DNA of 64,000 nucleotides from a virus, in the IMG/VR virus record IMGVR_UViG_3300044496_000045. The stretch is one strand, 5' to 3'. Shown here piece after piece: positions 10,601-19,750 of the stretch (position 1 is the first letter of the stretch; every line of letters begins with the position of its first letter). The translations under genes were made by a program, and so were the position numbers. The notes beneath the pieces were generated by a model. The model ran no database searches. It saw only the letters and a program-made list of their open reading frames with translations, and was not told the DNA's origin.

Positions 10601-11709
10601 GGTCGCTGGATCTCTATCCGTCCGGTGCCTCCGTCCGCTACGGCGAGCCCGGCCCGCTCGCGCACACGAACCTGATCGGCTGCTACAACGGACAGATCTA
10701 TCAGTTCGACGAGGCGCTGCGGACCGACGACGGCACCGGGATCCCCTGGGTACTCTGGCCAATGTGGGCTGGTGGCGATGATCCCCGCGGCCTGAAGCAG
10801 TGGGGCGATGCGATCGTCGACCTGACGCCCGGTGGTGGCTGTCTCGTCACGCCGGTGGCGGCCAATGGCGGCGTGCTCGCGGCGACGACGGTGACTGCAG
10901 GAGCCACCCGCCGTACGCAGATCATCGAAGTCAACACGGGCAACGGCATCATCGCGCGCAACTTCGGTCTGCGCATTCAGGGGACACAGACCGCAGCCGA
11001 TCCCTCGCGCCCGTTCCTGTACGCCTGGGAACCGTCCTACCTCTCGAAAGATGTCTCAATCGAGCGCCGCGCGACCGACTGGGACGATCTCGGGTACAAG
11101 GGCGCCAAGTTCGTGCAGGGCGTCATCATTCGCGCGAATACGTTCAACGCGAGCAAGTTGGTCGAAGTCCAGTACGACGGTGGGACGGTCGCGGAGACGC
11201 TGGATCTGCTGCACAACGGTGAAGAGTCGATCGCCTATCCGATCGATCCCTACGGCTGGCAGCCATTCATCGCCGAGTTGGTACGGCTCAAGGGCGCCGA
11301 TGCCGTGCCATGGTCGCTGCTCGATTGGCGCTGGGTGTGGGAGCCGGCCCCGGAAGCCGCGACGCAGTGGGAGACACAGGAAACCACCTTCAACCTGCCG
11401 GGCTTCCTCGCCGTGCATGATTGCTTGATCGCGTACATGGCCGATGATCCGGTGACGCTGACCGTGTGGCACGACAACGGACTGCAGATGCACACACTGC
11501 CGGCGACGGCCGGCGCGTATCTGCGCTACTACCAGCGCCTGTCGACCGCCAAGGGGAAGTGGGCACGCTTCCGCCTGACATCGGACTCCCCCTTCCGCCT
11601 GTTCGCGCGGGATACCAGTGTGCGGATCCAGGGCTGGGGGATCCCCGGTGGCTATCAAGTCGTACAGCCCTTCGGCGGGCCGCACCGCGAAGTCGGCGCG
11701 CAGATCTAA
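7618..11709 (+). CDS. Tail protein: lectin-like region plus continuation of nozzle-like propeller (1363 aa)
   Basis: LamG-like TWIKIDL...LRVYINGVQVM; two YxGxG..IxL..P..vwI repeats; then RLRLTYIDRMVYFDY...KRWSLD...TDDGTGI...GLKQW typical of nozzle C-terminal halves. Confidence 0.6.
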   Translation: MAKTQILEYTIWLTDEALVTAYNAQMAAGNGPGLLLFYYSPALQANTFGVLRAPETGAAIEFSAPFQLDTEPFLAPCVRSPWFTDGANFPTNVAKFTRKSGGWFGLPILFGETTVFYWAGKFAFSPPSVDSPDPPPVPPPALMARRWIEGFELPRTAGQLAGGGGEGGADASPNITRDSSRSADGFGCAVRSTTLATRHYVMEYRGGGTSDQPWSWERFYFRPRRYGAAEVEIWACESQSSNGGAQDMGFRLRMAPNGGLLVYSFSGVATLRATGPVMAIDTWIKIDLVIGYNTEVNAPPTAPPLSNFGSLRVYINGVQVMDVPHVLLNPLANFSQRHYRSQIGPLAANTAEMDYDDWINVDCPTAEPDPGFDLRTADYDLLETQTDFIAGTHCQLLQPSDVVSQVNWVGAWQLALQRPIENTGTVNRLTSSTSGASLNLTADVSPAQQRGGVVGIGAVVMGWYGQRGVGAAGNDTLEMELVFGADPPITSSRSVVPPAANTLEWRSVLYDADAVDPAPVLTALELRFLHGADVLQRTVSSLQAVAEQIGVFGPEDTAAADYPPQPPISPHNSAYPFTPWATGGAPLFGAVAAITGSYLSDGLPLDLEFPLPVQMLWIRRTSGTAAQMRGAQWWTSLLTSHFLQEQPIIPYAVPMALRDPNFPPPVAEDDQEMQFLVRIATNDEHINAAGATYAYLAICDPAARFVQCGASAHTAPFPITEPLPNPNFTPDAGFFFSEDRGANALISAAYKGPDHAANEASLLSGGALLTNYVNFGAGELDERTNFFPVNTEQTSYVLFRHSDGNVGTGSEATLFQTAVYVGDGVNPRTIDLDPLFGVRPMWGIGIGPAANGGRQRDPSHTGTTSTNMGTGEIVAANGIRGGGIDQIIVGSDLNANGVTYYVFVIPGCGGEGEGGWGVESTCYVVEPDSAFDPGWIEPEEIDPGGGDDVPAIPPIDFSNPERLRLTYIDRMVYFDYADTEGDGHTLLFEPLYKRWSLDLYPSGASVRYGEPGPLAHTNLIGCYNGQIYQFDEALRTDDGTGIPWVLWPMWAGGDDPRGLKQWGDAIVDLTPGGGCLVTPVAANGGVLAATTVTAGATRRTQIIEVNTGNGIIARNFGLRIQGTQTAADPSRPFLYAWEPSYLSKDVSIERRATDWDDLGYKGAKFVQGVIIRANTFNASKLVEVQYDGGTVAETLDLLHNGEESIAYPIDPYGWQPFIAELVRLKGADAVPWSLLDWRWVWEPAPEAATQWETQETTFNLPGFLAVHDCLIAYMADDPVTLTVWHDNGLQMHTLPATAGAYLRYYQRLSTAKGKWARFRLTSDSPFRLFARDTSVRIQGWGIPGGYQVVQPFGGPHREVGAQI

Positions 11710-12857
11710 TGCCCGTCACGCTCCCGACGACGTTCGGGAAAGCTGATTACAACGTCGTTCAGTCCCTCCAGAAACTCGCCGACGCCTGCAATACGCTTGA
11801 ACAGCAGCTCACGGCCGCACGAGGGCGCGCGACGCTCGCGGAGGTACAGGCACTCGAAGCGGCGCTGAATGCGCTGACGGCGCGCGTCAACGCCTTGAGT
11901 CGGGAGAGCAGCGAGGGCGGCGGTGGCGGCAGTGGGACGGTCGTCGTCGATCCGGCCGGCGCGCTCGACGGCGATGGATCGTCCGGGAGCCCACTAGCGG
12001 TCAAGGTCGACGGCTCGTCGATCATCATCAACGGATCGAATGAGCTGGAAGCGCCCGCGGCAGCCGGCGGCATCACGCAACTGACCGGTGACGTCACCGC
12101 TGGGCCTGGGAGCGGATCGCAGGCGGCGACGATCGCGAACAATGCGGTCACGTCGGCGAAGATCAACGCCGGTGCCGTCACGACGGCGAAGATCACCGAC
12201 GCCAATGTCACCTACGCCAAGATCCAGAACGTCTCCGCGTCGCTGCGGATCCTCGCGCGCAAGTCGGGTGGCGCAGGCGTCATCGAGGAAGCGACGATCG
12301 CCGAGATCCTGGAGTTCATCGCCGGCTCCGCGCAAGGCGACATTCTGATCCGCAACGGGACCGTCTGGACGCGACTGGGGATCGGCGCCGCCGGCACCGT
12401 ACTGACATCGGCCGGCGCTGGGGCGGATCCGTCGTGGGTGGCCCCCGCGGGAGGCACGCCCAACCCCAACCACGCGCAGGTGATCTACAACCACTCGCAG
12501 ATTCTCGCGGCCAACACCACCCCGGTCGAAATGATCCCTGCACCGGGGGCCGGGAAACTCGTGAGCTTGTTTGCGCTCCACTCTGTCAAGCAGACGACGG
12601 CGGGGGGCTATGCGACCAACCCCAACTGGTCGGCGCGGTACAACGGGGTGGCGACCGACCTGTGTACCGCACAGTCGATCACCATCACCGCCGCCGACAA
12701 GCGGTATCGCAAGTTCACGACGACGGACCACAACATCACCGCTCCACCATTCAACACCAGCGTCGTGATGCGCGGGACGGCCGATACGACGGCGGGCAAC
12801 GCGGCGAACTATATCGTGTTCGAGGCCGTCTACAGCCTCATTACGGACGGTCCCTAG
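11709..12857 (+). CDS. Tail fibre/needle protein
   Basis: Start at TAATG overlap; N-terminal coiled coil, Gly-rich linker, ITQLTGDVT and AVTxAKI repeats common in tail fibres. Confidence 0.7.
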   Translation: MPVTLPTTFGKADYNVVQSLQKLADACNTLEQQLTAARGRATLAEVQALEAALNALTARVNALSRESSEGGGGGSGTVVVDPAGALDGDGSSGSPLAVKVDGSSIIINGSNELEAPAAAGGITQLTGDVTAGPGSGSQAATIANNAVTSAKINAGAVTTAKITDANVTYAKIQNVSASLRILARKSGGAGVIEEATIAEILEFIAGSAQGDILIRNGTVWTRLGIGAAGTVLTSAGAGADPSWVAPAGGTPNPNHAQVIYNHSQILAANTTPVEMIPAPGAGKLVSLFALHSVKQTTAGGYATNPNWSARYNGVATDLCTAQSITITAADKRYRKFTTTDHNITAPPFNTSVVMRGTADTTAGNAANYIVFEAVYSLITDGP

Positions 12858-12884
12858 TTGACAAACCGGTTCCCACTGTAGAAT
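12858..12884 (+). promoter_or_regulatory. Possible sigma70-like promoter for ejection genes
   Basis: TTGACA-15 nt-TAGAAT in a 51-nt gap; spacer is short. Confidence 0.3.
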
Positions 12885-12908
12885 AAGCGGCACTGAGCAG
12901 AGGGCCAC

Positions 12909-13646
12909 ATGAGCAAATGGGGATGGGCGACACGCATCGGCGGCTACGCGGCATCGCCGTTTACGTTCGGCATGTCGGTCCCGGCGGCGAATATGGCGGC
13001 CAGTGCGATCGAGCGGAAGCAGGCGTCCAACGATCAGCCGACTGCGGGTAAACCCGGTGACGGCAGCATCGACATCAATCAACTCCTCAAAGATCGATCG
13101 GATCGCCTCGGCCAGGAAGGATCGGATCTCCGGCAACAGGGGCAAGAGGCGCTGTCGCCGGTCCTGGACTATTTCAAAAAGCTGATCGGCGGCGATCCGG
13201 CGGCCATGATGGAGGCGACGGCGCCCGAGCGTGGCAAGGTGATTGATCAGTACGACGCCGCCCGTCAGTCGATTGCGCGATTCGCGCCACGGGGCGGCGG
13301 GCAGGGCGCGGCTATCTCCGGCAGTTACGTGCAACAGGCCCAGCAGCTCGGCGACATCACATCGCAGGCGCGACAAGGCGCCGTGTCCGGGCTGGCCCAG
13401 CTCGGGCCACAACTGCAGGCGCTCGGGTTGAACGCGGATCAGGTGGCCAGCATGGATCTCAACGCGCTGATCAACGCGGTGCTCACACGCGAGAGCCTGG
13501 ACGTGCAGAAGCGCGGGCAGACGATGGGCATGTGGAGCGACATCGGGAGTGGCGTCGGTGATCTGCTCGGCCAGTACCTCACCCGTGAGGGGGGCATGCT
13601 CGGGTCCAAGCCCAATACGGGCGGGACCGGCGTCGCGATGTCCTAA
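12909..13646 (+). CDS. Internal virion/DNA-ejection-type protein (245 aa)
   Basis: Gly/Ala/Gln-rich helical protein with GG-type hydrophobic C-terminal segment; position after the tail fibre. Confidence 0.55.
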   Translation: MSKWGWATRIGGYAASPFTFGMSVPAANMAASAIERKQASNDQPTAGKPGDGSIDINQLLKDRSDRLGQEGSDLRQQGQEALSPVLDYFKKLIGGDPAAMMEATAPERGKVIDQYDAARQSIARFAPRGGGQGAAISGSYVQQAQQLGDITSQARQGAVSGLAQLGPQLQALGLNADQVASMDLNALINAVLTRESLDVQKRGQTMGMWSDIGSGVGDLLGQYLTREGGMLGSKPNTGGTGVAMS

Positions 13647-13660
13647 AGGAGTCTGTGATC

Positions 13661-15127
13661 ATGGCGGCTGGTACAAGCGTCGGCGGATTCGGTGGAGGGC
13701 TCGCGCGAGGGCTGGCCTCGGCGCTCCGCAGCAACCGTGAGCGCCAAGATCAGAAACAGCGCGAAGCGACAGAAGCCGAATTTCGACAGTTCTCCACCCT
13801 CAATCCCATCGCCTTTCAAGCGGCACAGGACACCGGCGACTGGGCGACGTACCAAGGGTTTGTCACGCGGTACTTTCCCGAGCTGGAGAAGGCCGCGAAA
13901 AAGAAAGGCTTCTCGTTCGAGGAGCTAGGCCCCCTACTGTCGGCGCCTGGGCTGCAACCGCCTCTGGCCGTTGGTGCGGGGCAAACACCGGATGCGGCGG
14001 CGGCCGTGAGCGGCACATCCCCGAACGTCGCGATGCCGATGCCGGCGCCACCGGGTACGTCGGCTGTTGGTGCGACGGCGGAACCTCCCGTGCTGTCCAG
14101 TCGTGCTGCCGTCGCACCGGCCACACCGGCGGCGCAACCGGATCCGCGACAGAATTTCCTCGGCTTCCAGATGCTCACGCCCGAGCAGCGGGCAGAGCAG
14201 GAGACGACGCAGGAGATCGGCAAGCTCGAACGAACGCGCATGGCACAAGTGGGCCTCGCGCGGAAGATGCTGCCTCAGCTCAAAGCGATCGACGAGTCGA
14301 TCACCTTGGAAGATGCGCTGCGCTATGTGAGCAAAGGTGAGCTGGTCACACCGGCCAGTCGATTGGCGAGTGGACAGACGTACCGGTACGGCGTCGACCG
14401 CGAGGCGATCGCCAAAGCGATCTTCGACAAGCCGTTCGATGGGCTGTCGCGGCATGAGGCGGATATCGTGCTGCGTGAAGAGAAGACCATGCTCGAAGGG
14501 GAGGCCAAGGCGCGCGGCACTGGCACGGCGCAGGCCAAGTTCGAGGCGCCGGCTGACATTGCGGCGGCGCAGGCCGGTGGTGTCCCAGTCGGCACGCGCG
14601 CCGCCGATGTCGCGGGGCAGAGTGTCCCCACGCCGGCCGTACGCGAGCGGCGCAAGTCGGTCGAAGGGCTGAAGGCGGAGCTGACCCACATCAAAGACAA
14701 CCTCCTCGGCCCGCTGCCGAAGAAAGGGGAGCTGGGCGAGCTGGCCCCTGGAGCGGTGTACACCGTGCGCCGCCGGCTGCCGAAGTACCGCACCGAGATC
14801 GCGAAGCTCGAATCGGCGATCAACAACGTCGTCAACGTCATGGCGCGATCGGTTGGAGAACAGCGCGGCACACAGACCGAGCGTGATGCCTTGCGCGCGG
14901 AAGCAGCCATCGCCCAGATCCGCGACGCGTTGCTGACCGGGGACACCCAGGAATCAGCCGGCGCCCGGATTGACGAATCGATCCGCGTACTCGATGGGAT
15001 CATGGGGCGCCTGCCTGATGATCCGGTGCCGACCAAGCCGGCCGCGGGTACCCCTGCGGCAGCCGCTGCGTCGAGCGCCGCCCCGGCTGCGACGAAAGAC
15101 GCGCAGGGCAACTGGATCATTCCGTAG
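13661..15127 (+). CDS. Internal virion/DNA-ejection-type protein
   Basis: AGGAG RBS; N-terminal GGFGGGLARGLASAL typical of pilot/ejection proteins. Confidence 0.55.
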   Translation: MAAGTSVGGFGGGLARGLASALRSNRERQDQKQREATEAEFRQFSTLNPIAFQAAQDTGDWATYQGFVTRYFPELEKAAKKKGFSFEELGPLLSAPGLQPPLAVGAGQTPDAAAAVSGTSPNVAMPMPAPPGTSAVGATAEPPVLSSRAAVAPATPAAQPDPRQNFLGFQMLTPEQRAEQETTQEIGKLERTRMAQVGLARKMLPQLKAIDESITLEDALRYVSKGELVTPASRLASGQTYRYGVDREAIAKAIFDKPFDGLSRHEADIVLREEKTMLEGEAKARGTGTAQAKFEAPADIAAAQAGGVPVGTRAADVAGQSVPTPAVRERRKSVEGLKAELTHIKDNLLGPLPKKGELGELAPGAVYTVRRRLPKYRTEIAKLESAINNVVNVMARSVGEQRGTQTERDALRAEAAIAQIRDALLTGDTQESAGARIDESIRVLDGIMGRLPDDPVPTKPAAGTPAAAAASSAAPAATKDAQGNWIIP

Positions 15128-15133
15128 CGATCG

Positions 15134-17797
15134 ATGGCTGACACCGTCCAGGATCTCATTCGGAAGGCCGCCGCCGAGAACGGTGTGCCTCCGGCATTGG
15201 CGCTCGCGGTCGCTGAGCAAGAGTCCGGATTCAATCCCACTGTGTTCGGTCCGGAGATCACGGTCGGCGGTCAGAAGACGCGCGCGGTCGGGACGTTCCA
15301 GCTTCTCCCCTCCACTGCCAAAACCCTCGGCGTCGATCCAATGGATCCGCGACAGAACATCGTCGGTGGGGTGAAGTACCTACGCCAACTCCTGGATCAA
15401 CATCAGGGTGATCTGTCGAAGGTGCTGGGGACGTACGGCGGCGTCGTGCGCGATACGAAGTACGTGCCCGGTGTACTGGCGCGGGTCGACAAGTTCAAGG
15501 GGCAAGTCGCGGCGCCGACTGGTCAGCCTACGGTGCCTACTGGTACGCCTCCCGCGGCGGCCGTGCGCGGCATGCTCGCCCCGAGTACGGTGGCCGGCGA
15601 TCCGCAGCAGACGCCCCTCGTGACGCCGGGGGCCGCCAATCCTGAACCGCCCGGCCTCCTCGCGTCGATGGCCGCCGGCTTCGATCCTCGGACGACGGAA
15701 GGGCGGATCGGCCTCGGGGCCACGGGTGCCGGCTTGGCGCTCGCCCCGTTCACCGGTGGCGCGACGGCCGGTGTCCTGCCGTGGGTCGCGCGGGTACTCG
15801 GTCCCCCCGTCGTCGCCGCGGTCGCCGGTGGTGGCGTGGCGGCAGCCGAACAGCAGCTCGGCACGGCGCCGGAAGGCATGGATCCCCTCATGGAAGGCGC
15901 CAAGCAGGGGGCGTACGAAGTCGGCGGCCGACTGCTCATGTGGCCGATTCGACGCACCGGCAGCGCCATCCTGGGCTCCCGGATCGGCAAACAGGCGACG
16001 GAAGCGGTTACGGCAGGGATCGAATCGGCCAAGGTGACAGGCCGGGCGACCGTCAGCGCCCTCCGTACACGCGTCCAGGAGGGCCTAGACGCGGCTCGGT
16101 CGGTGGCCGAGGCGACACGTGCAGCGACAGTCACGCGTGGCAGGGCGGCGATTACAGCCACGCGGCGGGGCGTTGCCGCCCAGACCGCGGACATCGGCCG
16201 CCGGGCCGGTGCGCAGGAAGTCGCGGCTCAGCTCAAGGCGACCGAGATCTTGGCGGATGTCGAGCTGGCCAATTCGGACGCGATCTCGACGCTCACGCGA
16301 CAGTACGACAACCTGCTGGCCGGCCCGCCCAGCGCGACCGCGACCGGCCAGCTCACCCGTGAGGCGGTGCAGGGACCGGCCAAGCGTGCGCTCGATATGG
16401 CCGGGCAGCGAGTGGCCGAAGTCGCGCAGTCCGGCCCGATGATCAACGTCACGCCACTTCAAGCCGCACTCGACGAAATGGCCAGCAAGGCGCGGCCCGC
16501 GTCGCTGTTCCCAGCGAAGGAATTGCCGAAGGGAATTGGGTTTCTGACCGGGGTGGCCGGGCGCCCTGCCGGTGCGGCCGTGGGCCAGCGCATGTCCCGC
16601 GAAGAATTTCAGCGCGCGATCGCCGGGCAGCTCGGCGTGGACGAGACGCATCCGCTGCCGGGTGTGCTCGGACAATTGCAACAGGTCAAGCTCGAACAAC
16701 TGCCGTTCCAGGATATCCACCGGTTGAAGATGCTGCTCGACGAAGCCGTCAATTGGGATCGGCCAGCGAAGAAACACCTGGAGAAGATCACCAAGGGCCT
16801 GCGCATGGCGGTGCGGGATGCGCTCAGCGTCCATGAGCCGTACAACGTCGCGACCGCCGCCTATCAGTCGATGGTGCCGTTGTACCGACGCGGCGTCGGC
16901 AAACAGGTGATCACCGCGGCGATGAACAATCCGGATCAGATCGCGCGTACGTTGAAGCCGGACAACCCGGCACAGGCGATGGCCTTGAAGGATCTACTGG
17001 TCACGCAGTCGGCGGCCGGCGGCGACGCACAGACGGGCCAGCGCGCCTGGGATCACCTGCGATCGGCGTTCACCTATAACCATGTGATCAAAGGTGGGGT
17101 GGACGGGCTCGCCGATCGCGTCCACAAGCTCGTCGAGCAGTCCCCCGAGTTCGCCAAGGTCATCTTCGATGACGAGCCGGCACAGAAGATCCTGTCGAAT
17201 CTCGATCGGCTCGGGCAGTCATTCCAGCTCGCCCAGCAGCAGGCGGCCGAGCGCGTCGCCGGAGCGAAGGCGACCGGGAAGACGCTGGTCGAATCGGCGA
17301 AGACGTATGGCGCAGAGGAAGTCGCCGGTGCCGCTGCGCGTGGTCGTGCAGAGACAGAAGCCGTGCGGGAGGCCGCGCGACAGGCCGTGACGGCCGCTCG
17401 CCGGCAAGGCACACGAGACGTGCGCACGGCCGCGCAGAGTGGCAAGGCCGAGATCACCGCGGCGCAGGAAGTCGCGCGGATGGCGGTCGCCGCGGCCCGT
17501 GCCCAGAAGGCCAAGCTCAAGGGATCGTCGATTGGCTCGGCGATGAAGTTTGAAGATGACGTGGCCAACGTGCTGCGCGCAGTGGGCCTCGGGCCACGAT
17601 CGCTCTGGGGCGCGCTCTCGATCGTTCGATTGATGGAGAGTCCCAAAGGGTCCGATCTGGTCGAGTGGGCGGCGTACTCCGATCAGAACACGCAGCGGAT
17701 GGTCGCGGCACTGACGGGCACGCTGCCCGATCGGGCCATGGCGGGGTTGATCCGCGAGGCGGCCAGCGTGATGTATCCTCCTACACAGCCCCAATGA
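15134..17797 (+). CDS. Internal virion protein with N-terminal lytic transglycosylase (SLT) domain
   Basis: AAAENGVPPALALAVAEQESGFNP, GTFQLLPSTA, DPRQNIVGGVKYLRQLL are SLT motifs; long helical C-terminus. Confidence 0.85.
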   Translation: MADTVQDLIRKAAAENGVPPALALAVAEQESGFNPTVFGPEITVGGQKTRAVGTFQLLPSTAKTLGVDPMDPRQNIVGGVKYLRQLLDQHQGDLSKVLGTYGGVVRDTKYVPGVLARVDKFKGQVAAPTGQPTVPTGTPPAAAVRGMLAPSTVAGDPQQTPLVTPGAANPEPPGLLASMAAGFDPRTTEGRIGLGATGAGLALAPFTGGATAGVLPWVARVLGPPVVAAVAGGGVAAAEQQLGTAPEGMDPLMEGAKQGAYEVGGRLLMWPIRRTGSAILGSRIGKQATEAVTAGIESAKVTGRATVSALRTRVQEGLDAARSVAEATRAATVTRGRAAITATRRGVAAQTADIGRRAGAQEVAAQLKATEILADVELANSDAISTLTRQYDNLLAGPPSATATGQLTREAVQGPAKRALDMAGQRVAEVAQSGPMINVTPLQAALDEMASKARPASLFPAKELPKGIGFLTGVAGRPAGAAVGQRMSREEFQRAIAGQLGVDETHPLPGVLGQLQQVKLEQLPFQDIHRLKMLLDEAVNWDRPAKKHLEKITKGLRMAVRDALSVHEPYNVATAAYQSMVPLYRRGVGKQVITAAMNNPDQIARTLKPDNPAQAMALKDLLVTQSAAGGDAQTGQRAWDHLRSAFTYNHVIKGGVDGLADRVHKLVEQSPEFAKVIFDDEPAQKILSNLDRLGQSFQLAQQQAAERVAGAKATGKTLVESAKTYGAEEVAGAAARGRAETEAVREAARQAVTAARRQGTRDVRTAAQSGKAEITAAQEVARMAVAAARAQKAKLKGSSIGSAMKFEDDVANVLRAVGLGPRSLWGALSIVRLMESPKGSDLVEWAAYSDQNTQRMVAALTGTLPDRAMAGLIREAASVMYPPTQPQ

Positions 17798-19239
17798 CCG
17801 ACGCCGAGGTACTCGACACCGATCTGACCAACGACGATCGCGCCTACACCCTGTTTGTGCTGGAGGCGCGTGATGTGGAACGGGTGGTGCGCGGGTGGTA
17901 CCGCCGTGCGCATGGTCGCGATCCCCTCCTCCACGATGTTCATCACGCCTACTGGCGCATCATCGCCGAGCGCCTGCACTGGAAGACACTCCGCAATGGA
18001 CTCCAAACCACGTGGCCGGTGGAGGGACCGTCTCTCCCTCCTGATCCTGGCCCTCCGCCTCCTCCTGTCGATCCCGGTCCGGTGGGGCCACCTACAGGGC
18101 CTCCGAGTACAGCAGGCTTTCTCGAACATGCGGGCAGCGTGGCGATCCGCCCGCGACCGTCCCGCAGTGAAATAGCCGGCTGGTTGCCGTCACGACCGGG
18201 ACCGTTCCAGTTCCCGGCGCCGTATGGCACGTTCGGCGTGCGCGTGACGAGCGACGCGGATGGACAGGTCCATCCCCTCGGCATGAGCTACTGGCCGGCG
18301 ATCAACGCGCATGGGGCGTTCCCGACGCTATTCGTGTTGGTGAGCCTGAACGAGCAGCTTGCCGTACTCGAAGTCGACAAGACGACTGGCGCCGTGTCGT
18401 TCGTCCAGGCGCTGCCGTTCCAAGGGACCGGCGAGGGCGCGTACTGGAGCCTGTCGCATCCGACGATCCTCTACGTGCCCAGCAACGGCCGATTGGTGTT
18501 CTACGATATCGCCACTGGACAGAGCGGCGATGCCGCGGCATCAGGGGCGGGGCCGATCTCCCACTGTCATTCGAGCTACGACGGCCAATCACATAGCTTC
18601 GAGCTAAATGGCGGCGCCGCCGTGTCGTGGCAGGGGGACATCCTTCCGTTCCCGTCGCCCTATGGCGGCTTCGACGAATGTCAGATCTCGAAGTCGAGCG
18701 AGTACCTGCTGATCCGCGAGCTGCAGGAAGACAAACGACAGGGCAACCGAATCATCCGTCTTCGGACGCGCGAGTCGTGGGTGATCACCGATGCCGGACT
18801 GGCAGTCGGCCACTGTGACACGGGGTGGGACTGCGTCGTCGGCGAGGAAGATCAATCGAATCCCGGCGGCGTGTTCCGTCGCTGGGACTTCACGCCGAAT
18901 GGCCCGGTCGACGCCGGCATGATGTACGCCATGGACTGGACGTCGATGACGCGGTACGCGAGCTACTGTCATGCCCGTCCCGGCGATCCCCGCTCCCAGG
19001 TCGCGCTGTACTCCAGCTCGCATGAGCAGGATCATCCCCGCGCCAATGAGATCGTGACGGCCCCGCTCGACGGCTCGTTGCAATGTCGGGTGATCTGTCC
19101 GAACCTTGCGGATCTGACAGCGCCGGGAGATCCGTACTGGCTGAAGACGCGCGCGGCCATCTGTCCCGAAGGTGAGTGGGCGGCCTTCTGGGGGAACGCG
19201 CACGGGCGCGGTGATCTCTTCCTTGTACGGGTGGGATGA
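17794..19239 (+). CDS. Hypothetical protein: small helical N-domain, Pro-rich linker, TolB-like beta-propeller (481 aa)
   Basis: ATGA overlap; PPDPGPPPPPVDPGP linker; repeated beta-rich blades ending GDLFLVRVG. Confidence 0.55.
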   Translation: MTDAEVLDTDLTNDDRAYTLFVLEARDVERVVRGWYRRAHGRDPLLHDVHHAYWRIIAERLHWKTLRNGLQTTWPVEGPSLPPDPGPPPPPVDPGPVGPPTGPPSTAGFLEHAGSVAIRPRPSRSEIAGWLPSRPGPFQFPAPYGTFGVRVTSDADGQVHPLGMSYWPAINAHGAFPTLFVLVSLNEQLAVLEVDKTTGAVSFVQALPFQGTGEGAYWSLSHPTILYVPSNGRLVFYDIATGQSGDAAASGAGPISHCHSSYDGQSHSFELNGGAAVSWQGDILPFPSPYGGFDECQISKSSEYLLIRELQEDKRQGNRIIRLRTRESWVITDAGLAVGHCDTGWDCVVGEEDQSNPGGVFRRWDFTPNGPVDAGMMYAMDWTSMTRYASYCHARPGDPRSQVALYSSSHEQDHPRANEIVTAPLDGSLQCRVICPNLADLTAPGDPYWLKTRAAICPEGEWAAFWGNAHGRGDLFLVRVG

Positions 19240-19505
19240 TGACGTTTACGGCGACGGATATCATGGCGTGGGCCACGATGATCGGTGCGATCTTCGCGGG
19301 CCTTGCGGGACTCATTACGGCGCTGCGCGCGGGCCGGATCGAGCACAGCGTCAATAGCACGGCCTCGGCGCAGACGGCGCTCAATACCTCGCTGCAGGTA
19401 CAGAATGACATGCTGAAAGAGGCGCTGGCCGAGCAGGTGCGCACGGCAGCGGTGCTTGCGGCAACGGCCAGCGCGCCGCCCCACACAGAGGATCCGCCGC
19501 GTTAG
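19236..19505 (+). CDS. Holin-like single-TM protein with coiled coil
   Basis: Hydrophobic IMAWATMIGAIFAGLAGLITAL then helical tail; last gene of the virion operon. Confidence 0.45.
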   Translation: MMTFTATDIMAWATMIGAIFAGLAGLITALRAGRIEHSVNSTASAQTALNTSLQVQNDMLKEALAEQVRTAAVLAATASAPPHTEDPPR

Positions 19506-19750
19506 ATCTCGACGATCTCGACTTCAATGAGCCGTGGCCCCCGTGGGTGATTGATCGGCGTGCCCTTCACCTGCGTCCCGATCTCGACATCCCCAATATC
19601 CCGATAGTCCGTCGCCTGGAAGGCGTTGTAGAAGATGAAGTACTCGACGCCATCAGGATTGAGCGCCTTGCAGTAGCTCCGCTCCGGGTGGATCCAATGG
19701 ATCGTGACAAGCACTTTCCAGTCGCGTGGGTTCACGGCGTGAGCGGCCAT
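19502..19750 (-). CDS. Divergent cold-shock-domain-like protein (82 aa)
   Basis: GGAG RBS; YCKALNPDGVEYFIFYNAF...DVEIGTQV...PRGPRLIEV follows the CSD pattern (DG.E.F.H.S, G..V.F, .KGP.A..V). Confidence 0.55.
   Translation of the reverse strand: MAAHAVNPRDWKVLVTIHWIHPERSYCKALNPDGVEYFIFYNAFQATDYRDIGDVEIGTQVKGTPINHPRGPRLIEVEIVEI

Noticed and set aside
7618-12857. Diversity-generating retroelement targeting tail genes
   Set aside because: No reverse transcriptase and no template/variable repeat pair differing at adenines was seen
19236-19241. Lambda-S-like dual-start holin/antiholin (ATG ATG)
   Set aside because: No charged residue between the two Met codons and holin identity is itself uncertain
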